Source of the DNA: an uncultured Clostridia bacterium
Lineage (GTDB): Bacteria > Acidobacteriota > Aminicenantia > JBFLYD01 > JBBIMS01
Assembly: GCA_964517525.1 (NCBI GenBank)
Contig: CAZFCI010000070.1
Coordinates: 1 to 40,110 of the forward strand
Reading direction: 5' to 3'
Length of the DNA stretch: 40,110 nucleotides
This document shows, piece by piece, positions 8,270-17,074 of this stretch (its first letter is position 1; each line of letters opens with the position of its first letter). The notes under the pieces are model-generated. The model saw only the letters and a list, made by a program, of their open reading frames with translations. It ran no database searches and was not told the DNA's origin. A program made the translations under genes and the position numbers.

Positions 8270-9088
8270 ATGAGCCAAGAGGCACTTAACTTACTTGATG
8301 ATAACTTGGAAATAGAAAGGATGAACCTTGCGGAGAGGGTTCAGCACATTGTTCTAATGGTCTCTTTTATAATTTTAATAATAACTGGCTTCCCCCTTTT
8401 ATTTTCTGAATGGAAATTCTGGCAGGTTCTCTTCGGCTCTCCAATCTCCTTCTATATAAGAGGTCTTTTACACAGAATTTCTGCAGTTATGTTAATAGGG
8501 CTTTCAATCTTTCATATCTTTTATGTACTATTTTCAAAGGATGGAAGAGAATTTTTTAAAGCAATGATTCCAAAATGGAAGGATTTCAGAGATGCTTTTG
8601 AGACATTCATGCATTATTTTGGCTTTACAAGATATTTAAAAAGTAGAGGAATACTAACAAAATTCTTTGAAAAAAATCCTTACTGGCTATTCAATGAGCT
8701 TCCCAAATATGACCGCTATGATTTTAGGCAGAAATTCGAATATTGGGCTGTTGTATGGGGCTCATTTGTAATGATTCTTACTGGATTGGCAATGTGGTTT
8801 GTTGAATTTACAATATCCATTTTCCCTTTGTGGGTGTATGATGTCTGTAGAATAATACATTCCTATGAGGCAATCCTTGCTTTTCTTGCCATTATTATCT
8901 GGCATATGTATAATGTTCATCTGAATCCTGAGGCTTTTCCAATGAGCAAAATATGGCTAACAGGAAAAATAACAGTTAAGGAGTTGAGAGAGAGGCATCC
9001 TTTGGAGTATGAAAGATTGGTTGAAAAATTGAAAAAGGAGGAAATTTCTGATGGAAGAAATTCTAAAGGAAATAGTCCAGAAAACTGA
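8270..9088 (+). CDS. four-TM b-type cytochrome subunit (FdnI/HydC/PhsC-like)
   Basis: Four hydrophobic helices with His at positions expected for bis-His heme b ligation (RVQHIV; LLHRIS..IFHIF; IIHSYE..IIWHMYNVH). Starts 3 nt after the cytochrome c stop. Confidence 0.7.
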   Translation: MSQEALNLLDDNLEIERMNLAERVQHIVLMVSFIILIITGFPLLFSEWKFWQVLFGSPISFYIRGLLHRISAVMLIGLSIFHIFYVLFSKDGREFFKAMIPKWKDFRDAFETFMHYFGFTRYLKSRGILTKFFEKNPYWLFNELPKYDRYDFRQKFEYWAVVWGSFVMILTGLAMWFVEFTISIFPLWVYDVCRIIHSYEAILAFLAIIIWHMYNVHLNPEAFPMSKIWLTGKITVKELRERHPLEYERLVEKLKKEEISDGRNSKGNSPEN

Positions 9089-10247
9089 TTCAAAGATTGT
9101 TCTCATTGTTCTTGACGGAGTTGGAGGGATACCAAAGGACGGAAAGACTGAACTGGAGTATGCAATAACTCCTAATTTGGATGAGCTTGCAAAAAAATCT
9201 GCATGCGGTCTAACAATACCAGTTCTTCCTGGAATAACACCTGGTTCTGGTCCTGCCCACCTTGCCCTATTTGGATATGATCCAATAAAATTTCAAATAA
9301 AAAGAGGGATTCTTGAAGCATGTGGGCTTGATATAAAGCTTGAGAAGGGAGATATTGCTGTTCGTGGAAACTTTGCAACTTTAAAAGATGGAAAAATTGT
9401 TGACAGAAGGGCAGGAAGAATACCCTCTGAGGAGTGTAAAAAACTTTGCGAAAAGATTAACTCTGAAATCAAGCCGATATCAGGTGTGAAGCTCATTCTC
9501 TATCCAGGGGAGGAACACAGATTTGTTCTTATAATGAGGGGAGAAGGATTATCGGATGAGATTGAAGATGCAGATCCTCAGAAGGATGGACTACCACCCA
9601 AAAAGGCAAAACCTCTTTCTTCGGATGCAGAATTCACCTCCAATGTTGTAAATTCATTCATTGAAAAAGTCAATGAAATTCTGAAGGATTCATCTCCTGC
9701 AAACACAGTTCTTTTAAGGGGTTTCTCTAAATATCCATCAATACCTTCAATGAGAGAGCTCTATCTATTGAGTCCATTAGCTATAGCCCATTATCCAATG
9801 TATAAGGGCCTTGCAAGGATAGTTGGCATGGATGTTATTGATGTTGGACCTACTCAGGATGATATTTTAAAAGCTTTAAAAGAGAACTTTTCCAATTACG
9901 ACTTTTTCTATCTTCATGTAAAGAAGACTGACTCCTATGGTGAGGATGGAAATTACGAAAGTAAAATAAAAATAATAGAAGAGTTCGATTCAAAACTCCC
10001 TGAAATATTAAATCTTAACCCCGATGTTCTTGTTATTACATCTGATCACTCAACCCCTTCTTTACTAAAGGCTCATTCCTGGCATCCCAATCCCTTCCTC
10101 CTCTATTCGAAATGGGAAAGATATGGGGGTTCTGAAAGATTCACAGAAAATGAATGTAGAAAGGGCTCTTTAGGAATTTTTTATGCAAAGGATGCAATTT
10201 TACTTATGCTTGCAAATGCTTTAAAATTAAAAAAGTTTGGAGCATAA
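9051..10247 (+). CDS. apgM: cofactor-independent phosphoglycerate mutase, archaeal type
   Basis: VLIVLDGVGG, PGSGPAHLALFGYDP, DRRAGR and TSDHSTP motifs. SD AAGGAGG about 7 nt before ATG 9051. Overlaps the preceding gene by 38 nt. Confidence 0.85.
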   Translation: MEEILKEIVQKTDSKIVLIVLDGVGGIPKDGKTELEYAITPNLDELAKKSACGLTIPVLPGITPGSGPAHLALFGYDPIKFQIKRGILEACGLDIKLEKGDIAVRGNFATLKDGKIVDRRAGRIPSEECKKLCEKINSEIKPISGVKLILYPGEEHRFVLIMRGEGLSDEIEDADPQKDGLPPKKAKPLSSDAEFTSNVVNSFIEKVNEILKDSSPANTVLLRGFSKYPSIPSMRELYLLSPLAIAHYPMYKGLARIVGMDVIDVGPTQDDILKALKENFSNYDFFYLHVKKTDSYGEDGNYESKIKIIEEFDSKLPEILNLNPDVLVITSDHSTPSLLKAHSWHPNPFLLYSKWERYGGSERFTENECRKGSLGIFYAKDAILLMLANALKLKKFGA

Positions 10248-10248
10248 A

Positions 10249-10965
10249 ATGAAAAAATTTTTATTAATTCTTATTCTTCCATCATTCCTTTTTGCGCAGA
10301 AAGAGTTTAAAGCTGACGAAATTATAGAAAAGTCAATTTCTGCCCAGGGCGGGAAGGAAGTTTTGAAATCCTTGAGCAGTGGAATTATGGAGTCTGAACT
10401 TACAATCTATGCGGGAGGGAATGTAATAAGAGGAAAGAGGATGACTTATATTGAATATAATCCTTTAAAAATGAGGATAGAGGATAAAATAAACACAATG
10501 ACCTCAACAATTGTGTACGATGGGCAAAGAGGCTGGATGATTCAAGATGGAAAGGTTCAGGAACTCCCTGAGGAATGGATTTCATATTTTAAAAATTCAG
10601 AAAAGAGGCTGAATATACTCCTTGAGTATAAAAGTAAAGAGATAAGAACTGAATCTTTGGGGTTGAAGGAAACAGGAGATAAAATTGCCTATGCAATAAA
10701 ATTTACTGATAAAGATGGGGAATGGATGATATTTTACTTTGATTCTGAGACCTTTATTCCAATTAAACAGGAGTTTAACTCAATAAATCCAGAGACTGGA
10801 ACCGTATCCAAAACAGAAATCCTTCTCGATAATTACTCAAAGATTCTCGATATATTAACTCCAATGGAAGTAACTGTTTTTAGGGATGGGCAGAAGGTTA
10901 TGGAGGTAAACTTTAAAAATGTCCAATACAATGTTCCAATTGAAAGCTCTTTATTCCAGAAGTGA
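10249..10965 (+). CDS. secreted hypothetical protein, possibly LolA-like fold
   Basis: Signal peptide MKKFLLILILPSFLFA. ATG 10249 is preferred over the listed TTG 10237 because GGAG lies 6 nt upstream and it falls after the apgM stop. General resemblance only to LolA-like outer-membrane lipoprotein-sorting proteins. Confidence 0.4.
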   Translation: MKKFLLILILPSFLFAQKEFKADEIIEKSISAQGGKEVLKSLSSGIMESELTIYAGGNVIRGKRMTYIEYNPLKMRIEDKINTMTSTIVYDGQRGWMIQDGKVQELPEEWISYFKNSEKRLNILLEYKSKEIRTESLGLKETGDKIAYAIKFTDKDGEWMIFYFDSETFIPIKQEFNSINPETGTVSKTEILLDNYSKILDILTPMEVTVFRDGQKVMEVNFKNVQYNVPIESSLFQK

Positions 10966-10983
10966 AAAACTCTCTTAGCTGAA

Positions 10984-11727
10984 ATGGAACCTTTAATTTA
11001 TATAATTTTATCAACATTTGCTGTTAGTCTTCTCTCCTTTACAGGAATTTTATTTATAAGCCTGAATAAAAACTCTTTTGAAAAAATAATTTCTATCTTT
11101 GTTTCCCTCTCCATAGGAACTCTTCTTGGAGGTGCCTTCTTCCATCTAATTCCTGAATCAATGGAAGACTTAAAATCCTGGAACCTTTCCATGAGTCTTG
11201 TAATTGGAGGGATTTTCTTATTTTTTCTGATGGAAAGATTAATAAGATGGAGACACTGCCACGATGGAGAATGCACTGTCCACGCCTTCGCCTATCTTAA
11301 TCTTTTCGGTGATGGGCTCCACAACTTTGTAGATGGAATTGCTATTGCCTCAGCATACATCCTTGATTTCAATCTTGGTATAGCGACAACAACTGCAGTA
11401 TTCTTTCACGAACTTCCTCAGGAGATTGGAGATTTCGGGGTTCTTCTTTACGGAGGATTTACAAAAAGAAAAGCTCTATTCTTCAACTTTATTTCAGCAT
11501 TAACTGCAATAGCAGGAGGTATTGGAACATTTTTCTTTTCAAAGGTTGTGGAACCCTTTGTCCCTTTAGTTCCACCTGTTGCTGCAGGTGGATTTCTTTA
11601 TATTGCCCTTTCTGATCTAATCCCTGAATTTCACAAAAGGGAAAGATTTGGAACCTTTCTCCTCCATTTCTCAATAACAATCCTTGGACTCTTGATAATG
11701 ATTATCCTAAAGAACTTTTCAGATTAA
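10984..11727 (+). CDS. ZIP family divalent metal transporter
   Basis: HNFVDGIAIA and HELPQEIGDFGVL motifs, multiple TM helices, Cys/His-rich loop RHCHDGECTVH. Confidence 0.85.
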   Translation: MEPLIYIILSTFAVSLLSFTGILFISLNKNSFEKIISIFVSLSIGTLLGGAFFHLIPESMEDLKSWNLSMSLVIGGIFLFFLMERLIRWRHCHDGECTVHAFAYLNLFGDGLHNFVDGIAIASAYILDFNLGIATTTAVFFHELPQEIGDFGVLLYGGFTKRKALFFNFISALTAIAGGIGTFFFSKVVEPFVPLVPPVAAGGFLYIALSDLIPEFHKRERFGTFLLHFSITILGLLIMIILKNFSD

Positions 11728-11820
11728 AAAACAAAATTTTATTAATATAATTTTTGAACTTTTCCGTGGAAATATTTCTCTCAAATCCATTAATTCAAAA
11801 GCTTAATACTATTTAAATCT

Positions 11821-12234
11821 CTATTTTGGGCAGGTTCCAATCCACTTTCCTTTTATACTCATGGTAATCTCCTCTTCCGAGTCTTTGAACTTTATAAACC
11901 CTTCAAAAGTATCTCCTTTATATGTCACCTTCCCATTAACTGTGGAAGTTCCTTCTTCATCCTTGCATTCTATAGTCCATGTAACCGTGTCTCCCTTAAC
12001 TTCAATTTTTTTCACTTTACATTCTTTATCAGATTCTTCCTTATAAGGAATATAATCCTTTTTTGTTAAACAATGCTTATAAGTTCGCCGAAGCATCTCT
12101 TGCGGCATACCCTGCTCTTCAATTGTAGTAGTTATTTCCCATAATCCCTCTTTTAGGTTAGGTCTCTGTCCTATTGCATTTCCGAAAAGTAGAAATAAAG
12201 AAATAATAGATAGAATAATAATCTTTTTCCTCAT
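11821..12234 (-). CDS. secreted hypothetical protein (DUF3617-like)
   Basis: Signal peptide. Mature part begins GLWEITT and has spaced Cys plus a C-terminal G-T-C. Matches my memory of DUF3617. SD AAAGGAGG upstream. Confidence 0.5.
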   Translation of the reverse strand: MRKKIIILSIISLFLLFGNAIGQRPNLKEGLWEITTTIEEQGMPQEMLRRTYKHCLTKKDYIPYKEESDKECKVKKIEVKGDTVTWTIECKDEEGTSTVNGKVTYKGDTFEGFIKFKDSEEEITMSIKGKWIGTCPK

Positions 12235-12393
12235 TTTCCTTCCTCCTTTAATTTCTTACTTTATTTATAACCTTTCGTTTAAAGTGAATAGGATAGATCC
12301 TTTAACCATAACTACTGCTCCACCAGTTCCACCCTCCTAAAAACCTATTGAAGAAATAGAATTTTCGTATAGCCTAAAGTTCAAGTTTTATCT

Positions 12394-13788
12394 TCAATTC
12401 AATATGTGGATTGCCTTTTTGAAATAATTTTCACAAGCTTCCATTATTGCTTCACAAAGGGAAGGATGGGGGTGGATGGATTCTGCAATTTCATGGATAT
12501 TGATATCCGATTCAATTGCAATCAATCCTTCACCAATTAATGATGATGCTTCTGGACCTAAAATGTGAACCCCAAGAATTCTATTTGTGTTTATATCTCC
12601 AATTATCTTTACAAACCCTGAAGTTTCTCCACTACTTACTGCTTTACCATTGGCAATAAAGGGAAACCTCCCAATAGAATATTTAATCCCTCTATCCTTT
12701 GCCTCTTCTTCTGAAATTCCTACTGAAGCATATTGAGGTTCTGTATAAACAACATTGGGAATAACCCTTGGCTCAAACTTTGAATCAAGACCTGCAATCA
12801 CCTCTGCTGCAACAATCCCTTGCTTTGATGCTCTGTGAGCAAGGAGAGGAGGACCTGTTACATCTCCTATTGCAAAAATATTGGAAATTGATGTCCTCAT
12901 TTGTGCATCAGTGATTATATAGCCTTTCTCATGGGTCTTTATCCCAATTTCTTCAACTCCTATTCCATTTAAAACAGGAGTTCTACCAACTGCAAGGAGT
13001 AAGATTTCTCCACTCACTCTTTCCTCCTTTCCATTCCTCTCCAAAACCAAATCAAGGGAATTTCCCTTTTTCTCAACTCTAAGAGCTTTTGAATTAAGGT
13101 TTATCTTAATTCCCTTTCTTTCAAGAACTCTTCTAAGCTCTTCTGCCATTTCTCTGTCATTTCCAGGAAGAATCTGAGGCATTATCTCATAAATTTCAAC
13201 CTCTGAGCCAAGATTTTTGTAGATATAGGCAAACTCAAGACCAATTGCTCCTGCTCCAAGAATCAAAAGCTTTGAGGGGATTTTTGGAAGGGAGACTGCA
13301 TGAGTTGATGTCCAGATCAATTCTTCATCAGGCTCAAATCCTTTTAAGGAAAAGGGTCTCGAACCTGTTGCAATTATAATAAAATTGGAAGTAAAAACCC
13401 TTCTCCCATCCTGGGAAATAACCTCAACCCTGTTTTTATCAATCAATTTCCCCTCTCCCATTATCCAATCAATCCTATAGTTTCTAAATAAAGTCTCAAT
13501 ACCCCTTTTCAGCCTTTCAACTATTCTCTCCTTCCATTTTCTGAGCTTTTCAATTTCAAATCCCTCATCATTTACCAAAAACCCCATCTCTCTTTTGGCA
13601 TAATTCACTTTCTCCCTGAGATGGGATGCGTAAACAAGGGCTTTTACAGGAATGCAACCTTCATTTAGACAAACCCCTCCTAAATATCTCTTTTCAATCA
13701 CAAGAACCTTTTTCCCCAACTGCCCAAGCCTTATGGCTGAAACATACCCTCCTGGACCTGCACCAATTATTATTACATCATAATCCAT
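12394..13788 (-). CDS. lpdA: dihydrolipoyl dehydrogenase (E3)
   Basis: GAGPGGY FAD fold, redox-active disulfide GGVCLNEGCIPVK, second dinucleotide fold GAGAIGLE, C-terminal HPHPSLCEA motif. SD GAGGTG. Confidence 0.9.
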   Translation of the reverse strand: MDYDVIIIGAGPGGYVSAIRLGQLGKKVLVIEKRYLGGVCLNEGCIPVKALVYASHLREKVNYAKREMGFLVNDEGFEIEKLRKWKERIVERLKRGIETLFRNYRIDWIMGEGKLIDKNRVEVISQDGRRVFTSNFIIIATGSRPFSLKGFEPDEELIWTSTHAVSLPKIPSKLLILGAGAIGLEFAYIYKNLGSEVEIYEIMPQILPGNDREMAEELRRVLERKGIKINLNSKALRVEKKGNSLDLVLERNGKEERVSGEILLLAVGRTPVLNGIGVEEIGIKTHEKGYIITDAQMRTSISNIFAIGDVTGPPLLAHRASKQGIVAAEVIAGLDSKFEPRVIPNVVYTEPQYASVGISEEEAKDRGIKYSIGRFPFIANGKAVSSGETSGFVKIIGDINTNRILGVHILGPEASSLIGEGLIAIESDINIHEIAESIHPHPSLCEAIMEACENYFKKAIHILN

Positions 13789-13819
13789 ATTTCACCTCTA
13801 AAGATTTCTGTAAATATAA

Positions 13820-13848
13820 AGTTTATTTTTTTATGCGAATATAATCAA
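13820..13848 (-). promoter_or_regulatory. possible promoter for lpd
   Basis: Minus strand: TTGATT (13848-13843), 17-nt spacer, TAAACT (13825-13820). SD GAGGTG follows. Confidence 0.3.
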
Positions 13849-13934
13849 GTTCTTTCTGATTTTTTTAATCAGATTTTTAAAGTGAAAAGGATTTACTTTT
13901 TTGCTTAAGGTCTCTAAAAAACCTTGCTAAACTA

Positions 13935-15386
13935 TTACTTTTTTTCCTCAAATATTATTGCTTCAAAAATTTGAATCTCCGCATCCTTCTTCCAGCATCC
14001 ATATGGAAGATTGGCTTTGATACAGGTTTGATCAAGGAACTTTTCTCTGTTCCATCCATACTCTACAGCAACCTGTGGAAGGAGTAAACCTCTCTTTCCA
14101 CCTTTGGAAATCATTATTCCATGTTTGCCTACAACAATCTCTTTTACATTATTTATTTTCCTTAAAGGGGTAAGGACAGAGATTTCAAGATGTATTAAAG
14201 GAAGTTCCTCTACAGAGAGGGGTCTAAATCTCGGATCCTGGGTTGCAGCGAGAATCCCTGCTTTCTGAACGCCTTCTGCAAGAGGGAATATAGGTTCTGT
14301 AAAACCTATGCAACCTCTTAAAATCCCATGCTCCTTTATAGTTACAAACACTCCAGTTTTTGTCTTCAGAATAGGGTCATCTTCTTCTACAGGGACTATC
14401 TTACCCTCCCTCACAAATAGCTCAATTGATTCCCTTGCAATTTTAAGAAGCCTTTCCTTCTGATTCTTGTTAAGATTAAATTCTTCTAACTTTTGATCCT
14501 TTTCCTTTGAATTCAAAATTACAGCAGAGTAATATCCCACAACATTAGCCATAGGAACAGCATCTGCCGAATCCTTGTAGGAAAGGGGAACAACCTTTTT
14601 ACCACCCGCTTTCTTGCAAGCCATCATTACTGCAATAACAGGGCCGCCTCCACATAATTCTGCTCTTCCTCTATGAAACTCATTCATTAAAAGTTCTGGG
14701 TCAAATTTTTCTATCAAGGACCTTGTCAAAAGGTCTACTCTCCTTGCAACATCTCTTGGATAATAATGGGAGAGGTCAGTGGATGCAACGATAAGAACCT
14801 TCTTTGTAGAAATTATTTTGTATAGTGCTTCAGAAAGAACTTTTATATTTCTTTCGGTCTGTCTTCCCATTACCACAGGAACAATCGGAATATCTCCAAG
14901 GGAGACCTGTATAAATGGGAGCTGGACTTCCACAGAATGTTCAAGTCTATGGGCTTCTTCGTTAAAACTTATTGATTTGTGATAGGAAATCAGTTCCTTT
15001 GCAATATTTTCATCAATTTTAAGCTTTCCAAGGGGTGTTAAAAAAGAACCTTTTGCATAAACAGAGGAGCCATCGAAATCCACTCTGTGGGAAGGTCCTA
15101 TAACTATCACTGCCTCAAATTTTTTCCCTTTCACTGCTTTGTAAGCATAACCGGCAACAGGACCTGAATAGATGTAGCCTGCATGGGGGGAAATTATACC
15201 TTGAACATCTCCTTTTAGCTCTGGAAGCTGTGCAGATTCTATATACTTCTCAACCATCTTTCTTAGCTCAGCTGGGTCCGAGGGGTAAAAAGTACCACTA
15301 ACAGCAGGTGGTCTTTCCTGGGAAATCATGTTAGCAAAAAATAGAATCAAAAAAATAAATAAATAGATTAGCCTGACAAACTTCAT
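13935..15386 (-). CDS. Memo-like (AmmeMemoRadiSam protein B) / AMMECR1 (protein A) fusion protein
   Basis: N-half: VSGTFYP, SPHAGYIYSG, IGPSHR, STDLSHY. C-half: GVFVTI..LRGCIG, DPRF, GLLLPQV. The first 19 aa are hydrophobic. The alternative start ATG 15329 would remove them. Confidence 0.85.
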   Translation of the reverse strand: MKFVRLIYLFIFLILFFANMISQERPPAVSGTFYPSDPAELRKMVEKYIESAQLPELKGDVQGIISPHAGYIYSGPVAGYAYKAVKGKKFEAVIVIGPSHRVDFDGSSVYAKGSFLTPLGKLKIDENIAKELISYHKSISFNEEAHRLEHSVEVQLPFIQVSLGDIPIVPVVMGRQTERNIKVLSEALYKIISTKKVLIVASTDLSHYYPRDVARRVDLLTRSLIEKFDPELLMNEFHRGRAELCGGGPVIAVMMACKKAGGKKVVPLSYKDSADAVPMANVVGYYSAVILNSKEKDQKLEEFNLNKNQKERLLKIARESIELFVREGKIVPVEEDDPILKTKTGVFVTIKEHGILRGCIGFTEPIFPLAEGVQKAGILAATQDPRFRPLSVEELPLIHLEISVLTPLRKINNVKEIVVGKHGIMISKGGKRGLLLPQVAVEYGWNREKFLDQTCIKANLPYGCWKKDAEIQIFEAIIFEEKK

Positions 15387-15393
15387 TTTCAGC

Positions 15394-15579
15394 TTATTGA
15401 GGGCGCTTGGTAAGTTCCATTAAAGTAAGGGCTATTGCAAAACCAAGACATGCTATTGTGAACCTCCAAATGGTCAAAGGAGGAAAGCCAAGAAATTGGG
15501 TGTTAAGGGCTTTGATAATCAAACCGATTATAAAAGCCAGACCCGCCAGAATGATTAAAATCCATGAAATAAATCTCAT
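15394..15579 (-). CDS. small two-TM membrane protein (61 aa)
   Basis: Two hydrophobic helices. Strong SD AGGAGG 6 nt before the ATG. Stop lies 7 nt before the Memo-AMMECR1 gene. The overlapping plus-strand ORF 15407..15607 has no such signals. Confidence 0.5.
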   Translation of the reverse strand: MRFISWILIILAGLAFIIGLIIKALNTQFLGFPPLTIWRFTIACLGFAIALTLMELTKRPQ

Positions 15580-15600
15580 ATTTCACCTCCTGTCTATCAA

Positions 15601-15629
15601 AGAATAATAAAAACTTTTATTTAAGTCAA
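15601..15629 (-). promoter_or_regulatory. possible promoter for the small-membrane-protein / Memo-AMMECR1 operon
   Basis: Minus strand: TTGACT (15629-15624), 17-nt spacer, TATTCT (15606-15601), then AGGAGG and ATG 15579. Confidence 0.35.
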
Positions 15630-15721
15630 GTTTTGTGAGAGTAGCTTGAAAATTTTGGGATTAAAATAATTTCTTCATCCAACATATCTATTCTATCAGG
15701 GAATTTATTGGAAGATCTTTG

Positions 15722-16978
15722 CTAACTCAAATCTATCATAATCTCATTCTTGATTAGATCTTCCAGGGTTTCTCTTCTTCTTATTATGAAAAATTCCTTT
15801 CCTTTAACTATTACCGCAAAAGGCTTTAACCTTGAATTATAGTTAGAGCCCATTGTTGCTCCATAGGCTCCTGTAGTCATAATTGCCAAATACTCACCAG
15901 GCTCACAAATCTGAATCTTTCTTCCAAGCCCCAAAAAATCTCCGGATTCACAAACAGGACCTACAATATCAAACTTTTCCTTCTTTCTATTTTTCAAGGT
16001 AAGGGGGACAATCTTATGGTAGGCATTGTAAAGAGCAGGTCTTATAAGATCGTTCATTCCCGCATCAACGATAAGAAAGTTTTTTCTGCCGCTCTTTTTC
16101 CTGTATAGAACCTTTGTAACAAGAATTCCAGAGTTCCCCATTATGAATCTTCCAGGTTCAAGAATTATTTTGCAGGGTTGGATTTTCTTTAAATAGTTTC
16201 TAATCCTCTTCGAAAACTGCATTGCTGTCAGAGGTTTCTCCTTTTCATAGATCACACCGAGACCACCTCCAATATCCAAATATTTTATTTCAAAATTTTT
16301 CTTTCTTAACTCAAGGCAAAGATTGATAGCTTTCTTTAAAGCAGAAATATATGGATTCACATTTAGAATCTGAGAACCAATGTGAAAGTGAAGTCCAGAG
16401 GGAATTAGATTCTTCAGATTCCTTGTTTTTTCAAAAATTTCCACTGCCCTTTCCTCTGGAATACCAAATTTTGTTCCTTCACTACCAGTTATATCATATT
16501 TGTGAGTTTCAACATCAACTGCAGGATTAACTCTAAAAGCGATCTCCTGAACAACACCCATATCACCAGCAACTTTATTTATAAGTTCAGCCTCCTCAAA
16601 GGACTCGACATTAAAAAGAAAAACCTTATTTTCAAGGGCAAATCTAATCTCATCTTCCCTCTTTCCAACTCCTGCAAAAACTGTTTTCTTAGGATCTCCT
16701 CCTGCTTTCAAGACTTTAAAAAGCTCACCACCTGAAACAATATCAAATCCACTACCCGCATCGGATAAGATCTTGAGTATAGTTAGATGGTCATTGGACT
16801 TAACAGAAAAACATATTAGATGGTCAAAATCTGAAAAAGCGTTCCTTAGTCTTTCGAAATGGTGAATTATTGTCCTGTGGCTATAAAGATAAAAGGGTGT
16901 ACCCACTTCCTTAGCAATATTCTCTACTGGAACTTCTTCCGCATAAAGCTTTTTACCTTTAAATTTAAAAAAATGCAT
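15722..16978 (-). CDS. lysA: diaminopimelate decarboxylase
   Basis: PLP-Lys context FSVKSN, HFHIGSQ, GGGLGV, CESGD. About 418 aa. SD GGAGG. Confidence 0.9.
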   Translation of the reverse strand: MHFFKFKGKKLYAEEVPVENIAKEVGTPFYLYSHRTIIHHFERLRNAFSDFDHLICFSVKSNDHLTILKILSDAGSGFDIVSGGELFKVLKAGGDPKKTVFAGVGKREDEIRFALENKVFLFNVESFEEAELINKVAGDMGVVQEIAFRVNPAVDVETHKYDITGSEGTKFGIPEERAVEIFEKTRNLKNLIPSGLHFHIGSQILNVNPYISALKKAINLCLELRKKNFEIKYLDIGGGLGVIYEKEKPLTAMQFSKRIRNYLKKIQPCKIILEPGRFIMGNSGILVTKVLYRKKSGRKNFLIVDAGMNDLIRPALYNAYHKIVPLTLKNRKKEKFDIVGPVCESGDFLGLGRKIQICEPGEYLAIMTTGAYGATMGSNYNSRLKPFAVIVKGKEFFIIRRRETLEDLIKNEIMIDLS

Positions 16979-17018
16979 AATTCCTCCAAAAACAAAACAT
17001 ATAAAATTTTACAAAAAA

Positions 17019-17047
17019 TTGATTTTTTTTTCTAAATCTGATATAAA
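17019..17047 (+). promoter_or_regulatory. sigma70-like extended -10 promoter for the crotonase-ribH-nusB-lysS-lol operon
   Basis: TTGATT (17019-17024), 17-nt spacer ending in TGA, TATAAA (17042-17047). AGGAGG at 17065-17070, ATG 17075. Confidence 0.45.
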
Positions 17048-17074
17048 TGAAGACCGTAAGAGTCAGGAGGACTG

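Noticed and set aside
9051-9088. 38-nt overlap between the cytochrome b gene and apgM, which could have indicated a frameshift, a fusion or a mis-called start.
   Set aside because: ATG 9051 has a strong AAGGAGG about 7 nt upstream, and the ApgM N-terminus aligns with the family from that start. The cytochrome b tail is a hydrophilic extension. The overlap is plausibly real and unremarkable.
11769-11778. Palindrome GAAATATTTC in the convergent gap after the ZIP transporter gene, considered as a terminator or operator.
   Set aside because: There is no loop, so it cannot form a hairpin. It is only 10 nt in AT-rich DNA, with no flanking T-run.
13855-13878. Hairpin TCTGATT-TTTTT-AATCAGA followed by a T-run, resembling an intrinsic terminator.
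   Set aside because: The T-run follows the stem only on the plus strand, while both neighbouring genes are on the minus strand. The stem is 7 bp and AT-rich, so it is weak and probably fortuitous.
16979-17074. Checked the lysA upstream region for a lysine riboswitch. Also checked the ribH, metH-like and ECF upstream regions for FMN, SAM/B12 and vitamin riboswitches.
   Set aside because: The gaps are 2-96 nt, too short, and lack the conserved cores. These genes sit inside operons or directly behind simple promoters.
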